Shown: positions 9,155 through 18,027 of the stretch, in pieces
Position numbering within the stretch: the first letter of the stretch is position 1
Layout: each line of letters begins with the position of its first letter
Assembly: GCA_945786985.1 (NCBI GenBank)
Contig: CALZGC010000103.1
Location: forward strand, 1-57,867
DNA from: an uncultured Nitrospirota bacterium
Lineage (GTDB): Bacteria > CG2-30-53-67
Direction of reading: 5' to 3'
Length of the DNA stretch: 57,867 bases
The notes under the pieces: model-generated
What the model was told of the DNA's origin: nothing
The model's input: only the letters and a program-made list of their open reading frames with translations
Databases searched by the model: none
Position numbers and translations under genes: made by a program

Positions 9155-10189
9155 CTATCTGAACCCGGTCCCATCCGCGGCCTCTTCGGCTTCGACTTCC
9201 AGAACGTCCAGCGTGAGATGCTCCCGCCAGAGTAGGAAAAGCCCATAGAGGATGATTGGCACAATCAACAGAAAATGGGAGAGAATGGCAAAACTGAGCC
9301 CCGCCTCCTCAGGGATTTGAAAGGCTGCAAGGCCGGCCACCACGGCGGCGTGGTAGGTGCCCACGAAGCCCGGTGAGGCGGGAATGGCCACGGCCACGGC
9401 CTGAACGACCAGCAGATAGTAGGGGACGTAGCCCGGCAGGTCGATCCCGAAGGCTTTCAGCATGAGCCCGTTACCCAGTCCGTAAAGCCCCCACATGAGG
9501 GCAGAGTAGAAGAGGATCTGTACCAGATGCGCCCCGGGACGCACTGCGCCTAGGCCCGAAACAAAGGCGTCAAGGAGCGCGAGAATCTTCTCGCTCCACT
9601 TCTGCGGAAAGGCCTGCAAACACCATCGGACGGCGTCGAGGGTTCGCTCGGTCTTCATTCTCAGCAGCGTGAGAAAGCCCAGAATGCCGACAAAGGTGAG
9701 GCAGAGAACAACGCCCGCCGCCTGCAGGGCGGTGGCATACACGGCATCGAGTGCGCTGTCCGGGCCGGAAATCATGATGAGCACGCCCACCAGGATGACC
9801 AGAACAGTGAATATATCGAAGAGCCGCTCCACCACGATGGTGCCGAAGGCGCCGCTCTTGGAGACGGGCTCTTTCTGCCCGATGAGGTAGGCCCGGATCA
9901 GTTCACCCATCCGTGCAGGAAGCACGTAGTTGGCCATGAAACCGATCATGGTGGCCGAGAAGAGGTTGCGCATCGCTGCGCGATGCAGCGGCGCCATGAT
10001 GAAGCGCCATCGGTAGGCCCGAACGAACATGCCCAGCAGCACGAGGGCGAGCATGGGGACACAGTAAAGATAATTGGCCCGGCGGAAGGCCTCTGCCAGT
10101 TTGGTGAAATCGGTTCTGACCAGCAGGAGTGCGATCAGGGCGCTGCTGAGGACGAGCCCCGTCCAGAGGCTCCTACGGTATTTTTTCAT
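9155..10189 (-). CDS. Lysylphosphatidylglycerol synthase TM / flippase-like (UPF0104) membrane protein
   Basis: RAYRW, GFMANYVLPARMGELIR, ERLFD, PASPGFVGTYH; multiple TM segments. Confidence 0.85.
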   Translation of the reverse strand: MKKYRRSLWTGLVLSSALIALLLVRTDFTKLAEAFRRANYLYCVPMLALVLLGMFVRAYRWRFIMAPLHRAAMRNLFSATMIGFMANYVLPARMGELIRAYLIGQKEPVSKSGAFGTIVVERLFDIFTVLVILVGVLIMISGPDSALDAVYATALQAAGVVLCLTFVGILGFLTLLRMKTERTLDAVRWCLQAFPQKWSEKILALLDAFVSGLGAVRPGAHLVQILFYSALMWGLYGLGNGLMLKAFGIDLPGYVPYYLLVVQAVAVAIPASPGFVGTYHAAVVAGLAAFQIPEEAGLSFAILSHFLLIVPIILYGLFLLWREHLTLDVLEVEAEEAADGTGFR

Positions 10190-11132
10190 GGGGCGTCTCG
10201 CTGCGCCCCTGTTCCCGGAGGACGCGCTTGGCCTTTTCGACGTCCTTGTGGATCTGCCGGATCAGGGACTCCTTGCTGTCATAGGTGAGTTCATCGCGCA
10301 GGCGTTTCAGATAGAGAACTCGGACAAACTGGCCGTAAATGTCGGCGTCAAAATCGAAGATGTGTACTTCGATGGTCATCTTCCCCTCCCCGAAGGTTGG
10401 GTGGGTGCCGATACTGGCCACCCCGTCGAGCCGACGCCCGCCCGTCTCCACCTGCACCGCGTACACACCTCGTTTCGGAAAGGTCTGATTGTGGACGAGG
10501 AGATTGGCTGTCGGGAATCCGAGGGATTTGCCGCGATGGTCTCCGGGCACGACGGTCCCCTCGCTCGCATAGAAGCGGCCCAGCATCTCGGCCATCTTCT
10601 CGACTTCGCCTTCACGGACGAGCTCGCGCAGGCGAGTGGTACTGACGACCTCGCCTTTGAGTGCGTGGGCGGGGACCACCGTCACGGTGAACCCGTAAGT
10701 TTCCCCCAAACTCTGGAGGGCGTCGGTGGTTCCCTGCTTGCCTCGTCCGAAGGCAAAATCATATCCTACGAAGATCTCTTTGACGCCCACCTGGTCTACC
10801 AGAATCTGTTTGACGAAATCCGCCGGCGGGGTGGCGGCAAACTCCCGCGTAAAATCCGCACAGATCACCACGTCAATTCCGAAGGATTCGAAGAGTTCCA
10901 TCTTCCGCCGGAAGGTGTTGAGCAGAGGCGGGCAGGTCGACGGCGAAAGGACCATGAGGGGATGAGGCTCGAAGGTGAAGATGACGGCGGTCCCCGACTT
11001 TTCCCGCGCCCGCTCGATCACTCGGCCGTAGATCTTCTGGTGTCCGAGATGCACGCCGTCGTAGTTGCCTAGGGTCAGCACCGGATAGGGATAACGCCGC
11101 CTGATCGTTTCGGGATTCCGGACAATTTCCAT
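10173..11132 (-). CDS. ribF: Bifunctional riboflavin kinase / FAD synthetase
   Basis: GNYDGVHLGHQ, VGYDFAFGRG, GDHRGKSLGFPTAN, EVHIFDF. Confidence 0.95.
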   Translation of the reverse strand: MEIVRNPETIRRRYPYPVLTLGNYDGVHLGHQKIYGRVIERAREKSGTAVIFTFEPHPLMVLSPSTCPPLLNTFRRKMELFESFGIDVVICADFTREFAATPPADFVKQILVDQVGVKEIFVGYDFAFGRGKQGTTDALQSLGETYGFTVTVVPAHALKGEVVSTTRLRELVREGEVEKMAEMLGRFYASEGTVVPGDHRGKSLGFPTANLLVHNQTFPKRGVYAVQVETGGRRLDGVASIGTHPTFGEGKMTIEVHIFDFDADIYGQFVRVLYLKRLRDELTYDSKESLIRQIHKDVEKAKRVLREQGRSETPHEKIP

Positions 11133-11211
11133 GGGCACCTTTTCATTCGGAAGGGGGCGCTGCCGGTCCGCCGGGGGCCGGGTGGGAGCGGCTGCACCGC
11201 GACGGGGGTGT

Positions 11212-11631
11212 CTATCGCTTCTTCTCTCTCACCCGTTCCGACAGATAAGCGAAATCGGTCTGTTCCAGAACGGTCACGACATTGGTTTGAATCTGGTCCC
11301 AGACCTCGTGGAGGGCGCAGCAGTTCTGATGTTCGCAGATATCCTCACCTTCAAGACAACGGTTCAGGAGAATGGGGCCTTCCAGGGCTTCGATGACTTC
11401 CTTCATTCGAATCTCCTCCGGCGGTTTCGCCAGAGAGAAGCCGCCCTTCTTGCCGCGATGAGATCGAATGATGCCGGATTTCGCCAGGATCTGGAATATC
11501 CTAGCAAGGAATCCTTCTGGAATGCTCATTTCTTCTGCGATTTCGCTGACGACGCAAAGAGTATTCCGGGGCTGCATGGACAGGTACAAAATGCCGCGCA
11601 GGGCGTAATCGGCAGCCCGCGTCAGTTCCAT
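11212..11631 (-). CDS. Rrf2 family transcriptional regulator with Fe-S-type cysteines
   Basis: ADYALR, SHRGKKGGFSLAK, EALEG, C-x6-C-x4-CC-ALH. Confidence 0.92.
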   Translation of the reverse strand: MELTRAADYALRGILYLSMQPRNTLCVVSEIAEEMSIPEGFLARIFQILAKSGIIRSHRGKKGGFSLAKPPEEIRMKEVIEALEGPILLNRCLEGEDICEHQNCCALHEVWDQIQTNVVTVLEQTDFAYLSERVREKKR

Positions 11632-11773
11632 GGGCTCCTCCCGCGTAAATAGGACAAAGGAGATAAATTTTATTTTGTTTTGGAAGTTAGCCCGATCGGG
11701 ACGGTCCTGTCAAGGGAAAAGGGGGGACGGGGGCGTGCTCTTTCGCACCCGACCAAAGGGAAGGCCGGCCGGC

Positions 11774-12451
11774 TTATTCTTCAAGGAAATCCTCACTGGC
11801 TTCATTGAGATCGATGATTTTCTCACCGAGGAGATAATCCTTGGTCCTGTACTTTGTAATATTGCCGATTTTTCGGATGATATCGGTCATCTTCCCGATC
11901 GATTCGTAGATAATTTCCATCTCACGGCTCGGGGGTATCTGCTGTTTCTCCAGAGATTCCTCCAGGAGCTTGGCCTGGCAGTTGATCACGGTCAGGGGCT
12001 GGTTCAGCTCGTGCGCCGCGGCACCGGCCAGCTGCATGACCGCGATCTTCTTCTCCTGTTCCACCAGCCTGTCCTGCACCCTCTTCAGGCGCAGCGCTGC
12101 CTTCACCCGGGCCAGCAGTTCTACGATGACGAAAGGCTTCTTGACGTAGTCCACGGCCCCTGCTTCCAGGCCCTGCTGCAGGTTCTCGGGTTCATGCTTG
12201 GCGGTCAGCATGATGACCGGGATTCCCTTGGTCTGCTCCTCTCCCGTCAGCGCCCGGCAGGTCTCGATGCCATCCATGCCGGGCATGACCACGTCCATGA
12301 GAATCAGGTCCGGTGCCAGCTCCCGAGCGATGCGGATCCCCTCCTCGCCAGTGCACGCCGTCAACACCTCATAGGTGTTGTATTCCAGAACGGTTTTCAG
12401 CACTTCCACATTGTCTGTGGAGTCGTCTACGACAAGAATACGGGCCGGCAT
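11774..12451 (-). CDS. Response regulator receiver fused to a HisKA-like H-box, no ATPase domain
   Basis: VVDD...LILMDVVMPGMDG...T...K.PF; C-terminal AGAAAHELNQPL. Confidence 0.85.
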   Translation of the reverse strand: MPARILVVDDSTDNVEVLKTVLEYNTYEVLTACTGEEGIRIARELAPDLILMDVVMPGMDGIETCRALTGEEQTKGIPVIMLTAKHEPENLQQGLEAGAVDYVKKPFVIVELLARVKAALRLKRVQDRLVEQEKKIAVMQLAGAAAHELNQPLTVINCQAKLLEESLEKQQIPPSREMEIIYESIGKMTDIIRKIGNITKYRTKDYLLGEKIIDLNEASEDFLEE

Positions 12452-12538
12452 GGAATTCCTCTTGCGGGGATACGCCCCCTGTCCGTCTTTAATATCTCGA
12501 CTCCGGTCGCTCTGTCAACCGGATTCGGAGGGTTTCAC

Positions 12539-13666
12539 TCACTTGCGAACCAGGTCATAGGACTTGTTGCCGAGACCCAGTTCGCAGGCCGCATCGATAT
12601 GTTTCTGACCGTTGGCTTCGTGGAGCAGCAACATAACGTCTTCACCGCGTGTGATGCCCTTGTCTTCGGCCGCCGAGCCCGGCAGCGGTGGGCTTTCCCG
12701 CAGCAGGTCCAGGGACGCCTGATCGACGGCGACGATGTCGTCGGACACCAGAATGCCCAGGTCCTGAATCACCGGGACATCGGCCATCGGCATGCAGTCG
12801 CATTCGGGCTGGATTTCGAGTAGAAAATTGATGTACAGAATCCGCCCCTTCTTGAAGGTGGAGAGAACGGCCCCGGCCGACTCGGCCAGTCCCTGGTGAA
12901 ACCGGTCATCGTTCATCGGCATGTGGAGGGCCTCCTCGGGACAGACCCGGACACAGCGGCCGCAGCGCCAGCATCTTTTCTGGTTGTAATGGAACCGTTC
13001 ATTTTCAAAGGAGCAGACTTCCAGCGGGCAGACCTCGACACACTGGTCGCACCGGGTGCAAAGCGCCTCTTTCCATGAGATCTCGCCCTCCGTATGGTGG
13101 GCATGCATCCCCCCGCGGCCGTGCTTCCAGTCGTTGCTTCTGCTCGAGCCCGACAGTCCCCCCATGGCCAGGTTCTTGATGGCCCCGCCGATGCCGGCAT
13201 TGACATGTCCCTTGAAGTGGGAGAGGACAATCATGCTCGGCACGTCGTAGATAGCCGATGCCACGAGGACTTCCCCCTGCTCTTTGCCTGCCGGCACCAG
13301 AACATTGTCGTTCCCGAAAATCCCGTCGGCCATCACCAGGGGGGCGCCGCAGGAGAGGTGGTTGAGTCCGTTTTCATTGGCCACCTTCAGGTAGTCCAGG
13401 CCGCGAATGCGAACCGTGTCGGTGACGAAGGGTTTGCCCCCGGCCCGGATGACCCCGTCCACGACCTTTCGGATGAAGAGGGGGCGGACCACGCGATGGG
13501 CTCCTTCCGATCCAAAGTGAGTTTTCACGGCCACCGGTGCTTTCTTCTTCATGCAGCGCGACAGGGGCAGCTCTTTCAGGAGCGTTTCCAGGCGCCCCGC
13601 CAGGCTCTCCTTGTAGGACCACTTGGTGGCTCTGGCCGAAAGCCAGACAACTTGACTCTGTTCCAT
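12539..13666 (-). CDS. DUF362 family protein with 2x[4Fe-4S] ferredoxin domain
   Basis: VKTHFG, SHFKGH..AGIGGAIKNLAMG, CTRCDQCVEVCP, CWRCGRCVRVCP, ECDC. Confidence 0.88.
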   Translation of the reverse strand: MEQSQVVWLSARATKWSYKESLAGRLETLLKELPLSRCMKKKAPVAVKTHFGSEGAHRVVRPLFIRKVVDGVIRAGGKPFVTDTVRIRGLDYLKVANENGLNHLSCGAPLVMADGIFGNDNVLVPAGKEQGEVLVASAIYDVPSMIVLSHFKGHVNAGIGGAIKNLAMGGLSGSSRSNDWKHGRGGMHAHHTEGEISWKEALCTRCDQCVEVCPLEVCSFENERFHYNQKRCWRCGRCVRVCPEEALHMPMNDDRFHQGLAESAGAVLSTFKKGRILYINFLLEIQPECDCMPMADVPVIQDLGILVSDDIVAVDQASLDLLRESPPLPGSAAEDKGITRGEDVMLLLHEANGQKHIDAACELGLGNKSYDLVRK

Positions 13667-13745
13667 GGGCAGACTCCTATCCGCCGGCTCCTCGGCAGGT
13701 CCGCACCGGCCGCCGCTGTCAGGCCGGGCGGACGCGCGCGAAGGG

Positions 13746-14579
13746 CTATTTGCCGAGGCTTGCCCGGTAGACCTGGTTCTTCGGGATTCCGTAGGTCTCG
13801 GCCACGATCCGGACGGCATCTCTCCGGGTCACCTTCTGCTCCCGGATCACTCGGGCAATCTCTTCCGCAAGGTTCAGGTTCTCTCCCGCAGGGTTGTCCA
13901 AAGAGGCACCCGCCACCACCAGCGTGAATTCCCCGCGGACCCTGGGTTTGGACTGTAGATGGGTGACGGCGGCCTCGAGGGTGCCCCGAAAGATCTCTTC
14001 GTGCAGCTTGGTCATCTCCCGGACCACGGCAATGCGCCGGTTGCCGAAGGCCGCTGCCATCGCCTCCAGGGCGTCGAGAACGCGGTGCGGCGCCTCATGG
14101 ATGATGATCGTTTCGGAACGGGCGCTGAGGGCCTCCAGCCTTTCACTCCGGGCGCCCTTGCGGGTCGGCAGATACCCGGCAAAGTAGAAACGATCCGTGG
14201 GCAGCCCGGAGACCGAAAGCGCCGCGGTGACAACCGAAGGGCCCGGGACGGCCAGGACCGCGATCCCCTCGGACAGGGCGTCCGCCACGAGGCGGTACCC
14301 GGGATCGGAAATGCCCGGTGTCCCAGCGTCCGAGATGAGGGCGACATCCATGCCCTCCATGAGCCGGCCGAGGATCCGTTTTCGTTTTCGTTCGCTCGTG
14401 TAGTCGTGGTAGCTCGTCGCCGGCGTGGAGATCTGATAATGGTTCAACAGCCGCCGGGAACGACGGGTGTCTTCGGCGGCAACGAGCCCCACCGACTTGA
14501 GCACGCGAATCGCCCGCAGGGTGATGTCTTCCAGATTTCCAATGGGCGTGGCCACGATATAGAGTTTGCCTGTCTCCAT
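13746..14579 (-). CDS. rsmI: 16S rRNA (cytidine1402-2'-O)-methyltransferase
   Basis: LYIVATPIGNLEDITLRA, AEDTR, SDAGTPGISDPG, REMTKLHEE. Confidence 0.97.
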   Translation of the reverse strand: METGKLYIVATPIGNLEDITLRAIRVLKSVGLVAAEDTRRSRRLLNHYQISTPATSYHDYTSERKRKRILGRLMEGMDVALISDAGTPGISDPGYRLVADALSEGIAVLAVPGPSVVTAALSVSGLPTDRFYFAGYLPTRKGARSERLEALSARSETIIIHEAPHRVLDALEAMAAAFGNRRIAVVREMTKLHEEIFRGTLEAAVTHLQSKPRVRGEFTLVVAGASLDNPAGENLNLAEEIARVIREQKVTRRDAVRIVAETYGIPKNQVYRASLGK

Positions 14580-14594
14580 CCCGAAGCAATTCTT

Positions 14595-15203
14595 TCAGAA
14601 GAGCAGGAGCCAAGCCATCTGCACGAGACCGATGCAGAATCCGAGGACCGCTCCGACCGTTTCGATATAGGTGAGTTCCTTGGCAATGAGGGCCATCAGA
14701 ACGGCCTCGAGCTTTTCCATGTCGAAGCTGTCCACCCGCTCCGACACCACTTTCTTCAGCTGAATGGAGCCCTGGAATTTCTCCACCAGGCCTCCCTTGT
14801 GCTCATGAACCTTGGCGATGACGGCCCGGGAGACGATCCGTTTGACCTGCCGTACGACCTCCTGGCCGATTAACCCCACGATGGGGGTGTTGAGGATCCG
14901 ATGGATGCGGCTGTCCCGAAGCCGGGCTTCGACGGTCTGTGCCACCGCCCGTTCCACCTCTTCTTCCCACTCCACCTCATCGATGAACCGGCCGATGTCC
15001 TCGGCGGTCAGCAGATCCCGTTCCACCGTGCGCGCAATGCTCTGGGCGAACTCTTTTCTACGCTTGGGAAGGAGGCCCTGCAGCCTCCAAAAAAGAACAC
15101 GCACCGGCCGGTGGGGCCTGAAGAGCATCTTGATGGCAATGTAATTGGTGATCCATCCGATAACCGCACCGACGACCGGGAGCATCAGGTACCGCCAGTC
15201 CAA
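14595..15203 (-). CDS. DUF445 family membrane protein
   Basis: GAVIGWITNYIAIKMLFRP...QGLLPKRR...ELTYIETVGAVLGFCIG; TTG start after AGGAGA RBS. Confidence 0.85.
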   Translation of the reverse strand: MDWRYLMLPVVGAVIGWITNYIAIKMLFRPHRPVRVLFWRLQGLLPKRRKEFAQSIARTVERDLLTAEDIGRFIDEVEWEEEVERAVAQTVEARLRDSRIHRILNTPIVGLIGQEVVRQVKRIVSRAVIAKVHEHKGGLVEKFQGSIQLKKVVSERVDSFDMEKLEAVLMALIAKELTYIETVGAVLGFCIGLVQMAWLLLF

Positions 15204-15239
15204 TGGTCTCTCCTGTTTTGATTCGGCCCAACCGAGAGA

Positions 15240-15397
15240 GGCGCCCATTCGCAAATTCGGCGGCCTTCCCGCGCCGGCGAGTGTCCGCATCAAGGTGCGT
15301 GCCTGAGGCGTCCCTCCCGTGCGACATCACACGAAGCGGCGCGCACGGGAAACCGCGTCGCCATCTTCTCGATAGCTCACCCCGCTGACGAACGGGG
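15240..15397 (-). ncRNA. Structured non-coding RNA of unrecognised family (possible pseudoknot)
   Basis: Nested helices on the minus strand: CCCGTTCG/CGAATGGG, GGTGAG/CTCGCC, ATCGAG/CTTGAT, core TCCCGTGCG/CGCACGGGA; begins just after a sigma70 promoter. Confidence 0.55.
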
Positions 15398-15399
15398 CC

Positions 15400-15429
15400 A
15401 CTATAGCAACAAACCTTGCGAGGGCGCAA
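15400..15429 (-). promoter_or_regulatory. Sigma70 promoter upstream of the structured RNA and DUF445-rsmI genes
   Basis: TTGCGC-N18-TATAGT with extended -10 TG. Confidence 0.6.
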
Positions 15430-15501
15430 TCCCTATCCGTTTGGCACAGGGCTGGCGCCTCCCCGTCCGTCCGAGACTTCGAAACTGCCGGTGCCGGTGC
15501 G

Positions 15502-16509
15502 TCAAGTCCCCGGGCCCGGGGGAAGATGCCCTGTGCCATCGGGCGGCGGGAGAAGCGCCCACAGCGGGCCGCCAATGGTGACCCGTCCCTCCCGGGGCAG
15601 CGCGCCGGAACCTGGTTCGCCGTCCCACTCGTAGGGGACCCCCTTGGGTGCGTGCCAGGCGAGACGATCCGTCTGGGTGCTCTTGAGGCCCGCGGCCATC
15701 GAACGGAGAGGTCCGGCCCGTGCGAGGAGAATTCGCACGATGTCCAACAGGCTGCGGATCCAGGTGACTTCAAAGAGTCCGTCATCCATGCGCGCCGCGG
15801 GATCCAGCACAAAACCGCCGGCGTAGGTCCGCGTGTTGCTGATGACCACCGCCCGGAGTCGCTCGGAGGCGGTGGGCGGGCCACCGTCCCTTTCGGCCGG
15901 TATTTGAACCGTAAGCCCCACGGGCATCCGATAGAAAAGACGGCGCACCAGATGCAGGCCGTAGAGTGCGAACTTGAGGCCCGTGGAGCGGCGAACCGCC
16001 GTGAACCAGGGGGTGCCGGCTGAGCGCACATAGTCGGAGAGTACCTGCCCGTCAAGTCCGAGTCCGAAGTAGTTGCAGCAGCATCCCACCCCGGACACGT
16101 CCAGCACATCCACAGTCCGGGGCCAGCCCGACAGCACGACGGCGAGTGCGCGCTGAAGCGACACGAGGGATCGGGACATTCGGGGGTCGTAGAGTCCGAG
16201 ACTTCGGGCCAGGTCGTTTCCGGTCCCGAGGGGAATGAGCCCGAAGCGGGCCGATCCGCCGGCCTGCACAATGCCGCGGACCACCTGTGAGGCTGTTCCG
16301 TCCCCGCCGACGGCGACGAGCGTGCCGTAGTCGGTGCAGGCCGCCTGCGCCTGTTCTGTCAGGTTGTGCGGGTCGGTGAACATCAGATCACAGCGTGCGC
16401 GCGCTTCGGGCAAGGCCTCTGAAAGGAGCGTCTCCAGGCGGATTTTGGTGGAGGCTCCCGTCCCGCTTCCCGCTGCCGGGTTGACGAGAAAAAGAATTTC
16501 ATCGTTCAT
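15502..16509 (-). CDS. Diacylglycerol/lipid kinase family (YegS/DagK-like)
   Basis: NPAAGSG, GGDGT, PLGTGNDLAR, GLGLD, NTRTYAGG, DDG, DGE. Confidence 0.9.
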   Translation of the reverse strand: MNDEILFLVNPAAGSGTGASTKIRLETLLSEALPEARARCDLMFTDPHNLTEQAQAACTDYGTLVAVGGDGTASQVVRGIVQAGGSARFGLIPLGTGNDLARSLGLYDPRMSRSLVSLQRALAVVLSGWPRTVDVLDVSGVGCCCNYFGLGLDGQVLSDYVRSAGTPWFTAVRRSTGLKFALYGLHLVRRLFYRMPVGLTVQIPAERDGGPPTASERLRAVVISNTRTYAGGFVLDPAARMDDGLFEVTWIRSLLDIVRILLARAGPLRSMAAGLKSTQTDRLAWHAPKGVPYEWDGEPGSGALPREGRVTIGGPLWALLPPPDGTGHLPPGPGT

Positions 16510-17567
16510 GGAGACGGCCCCCTCGCTCCGATGACGAGCGAATCGCGCGGCTGCAGGACGCATCCTCCCTGCGGTGGTGTCAGTCGGGCCCGGAGCATCC
16601 GGGCAATCTGTTCGCCCCGGTTCCCCCGGCTCTTCCATAGAAGGAGACTCGCCGTTCGGTCATGGTATCTGAGGAGCAACCGGTCGAGGAGCCTGCGCTT
16701 TTCAAAGGCGACCGATGAGAGGCCGGTCAGGAGAATCTCCGAGCGGACCACCCGGAAACGCCGCCGGGTCACGAAGAAAAGGTGCCGCCCCGACAGGTAG
16801 ACCAGTCCGACATAATAGCGCCCCGGTGCCAGCCCTTCTCCGGAGACCGCCCGCACACAGAAGGTGTCATCCGTGTCGCTGAGATTGTCAGGGAGATGGG
16901 GCTTCAACGCCTCCGGGATTTTGTCAAAGAGAGTTTCCTCCGGCGCCGGGCCGCCTTTCGAAAAAACAGAGCGGACAAGCGCCGCCAGCGCCAGAAACTC
17001 GACGCGAAGCAGGCGGATCAGCGGAGGCAGGAGCAGCGCCGCAAGGGTTATGAAAAGAACGGTCCAGCCCAACATCACCACGGGGTGTTTCACGGCCAGC
17101 CATGTGCCGGCAACCACCATGGCATCCTCAGTCAGGCTGACGCCGGTATTGCTGAACGGCTCGGGGCTCTGATTGACGACGAGCCGGAGACCGGCCTTGG
17201 TTGCATGGGAGGTCAGGGCTACCCCGCCGCAGAGCAGAAAAACAGCCAGCTGGATTGCGGGATCGACGGTTCCCAGCGCCGAAGCGCCGAGGATTGCCGC
17301 CCCCAGCGGGCGAATTAGCGAGTGGCAGGCGTCCCAGAGGGTGTCGACCCACGGGATCTTGTCGGCGAAGAACTCCAAACAATAGGCCACTGCCGCCGCC
17401 GTGATCACCGCAGGGTGGGCCAGTATTTCCAGGTCGGCAAGATTCGGCGGCAGCGCGAGCAGCTCCATCCGGATCCCGAGACCGACGGTGAGAACCGTGG
17501 CGTAGAGGTTCAATCCGGACACGAAGGCAAGGCCCATGACTGAGCCGAGCAGCGAGAGAGCGTTCAT
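16506..17567 (-). CDS. DUF4126 membrane protein with C-terminal soluble extension
   Basis: SGLNLYATV, EFFADKIPWVDTLWD..H..IRP, SPEPFSN..S..ED; ATGA overlap with the kinase gene. Confidence 0.85.
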   Translation of the reverse strand: MNALSLLGSVMGLAFVSGLNLYATVLTVGLGIRMELLALPPNLADLEILAHPAVITAAAVAYCLEFFADKIPWVDTLWDACHSLIRPLGAAILGASALGTVDPAIQLAVFLLCGGVALTSHATKAGLRLVVNQSPEPFSNTGVSLTEDAMVVAGTWLAVKHPVVMLGWTVLFITLAALLLPPLIRLLRVEFLALAALVRSVFSKGGPAPEETLFDKIPEALKPHLPDNLSDTDDTFCVRAVSGEGLAPGRYYVGLVYLSGRHLFFVTRRRFRVVRSEILLTGLSSVAFEKRRLLDRLLLRYHDRTASLLLWKSRGNRGEQIARMLRARLTPPQGGCVLQPRDSLVIGARGPSP

Positions 17568-17788
17568 TTGGATCCTCTAAAATCGCCTTAGCCGTTTCGG
17601 ATGGTGCACAGCCGCTTGATTCGTCTCATTTGACGGATTGTGACGGCATGCTATTCGATTCCCCTAAAATACCGGAAACACCGGTCCGCAGCAACTGCTT
17701 CTGGCCGGCAGGACCGCTGAGCGGGCATTGTACCGCGACCGCGGCGTTTCCGCAGCGAACGGGTCCGCGTGCAGGAGAGGGGTGCTGT

Positions 17789-17817
17789 TTGACAGGGCCC
17801 GTCGGCTCTGCTACATT
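17789..17817 (+). promoter_or_regulatory. Sigma70 promoter of the thi operon
   Basis: TTGACA-N17-TACATT directly before the riboswitch. Confidence 0.7.
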
Positions 17818-17826
17818 ACAACCGCC

Positions 17827-17916
17827 AACCGTGGGGGAGTCGTATGCACTGAGAGTCCCGTTGCGACGGGAGACCCCTTGAACCTGATCTGGTTGATACC
17901 AGCGGAGGGAACGGTT
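17827..17916 (+). promoter_or_regulatory. TPP riboswitch (THI element)
   Basis: GGGGGAGT..CTGAGA...ACCCCTTGAACCTGATCTGGTTGATACCAGCGGAGGGA consensus; upstream of thiamine genes. Confidence 0.96.
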
Positions 17917-18027
17917 TGGAGGGGTCTTCCTTTCGGGTGTCCGTGTCACTCGCTCCAAATCCAACCGATCCTCATTCCCTGTCAGGTCCGAAAATGCTGC
18001 TCCACGAAAGGGTGCCGAAGGAGCTGC

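Noticed and set aside
15240-15400. tRNA, RNase P RNA, SRP RNA or group II intron end
   Set aside because: No cloverleaf or T-loop/CCA, no GAGGAAAGTCC, no SRP CAGG..GGAA..AGCAG loop, no domain V/VI pattern
17728-18027. N-terminal extension of thiF in the ORF track
   Set aside because: Overlaps the promoter and riboswitch; ATG 18028 has the RBS
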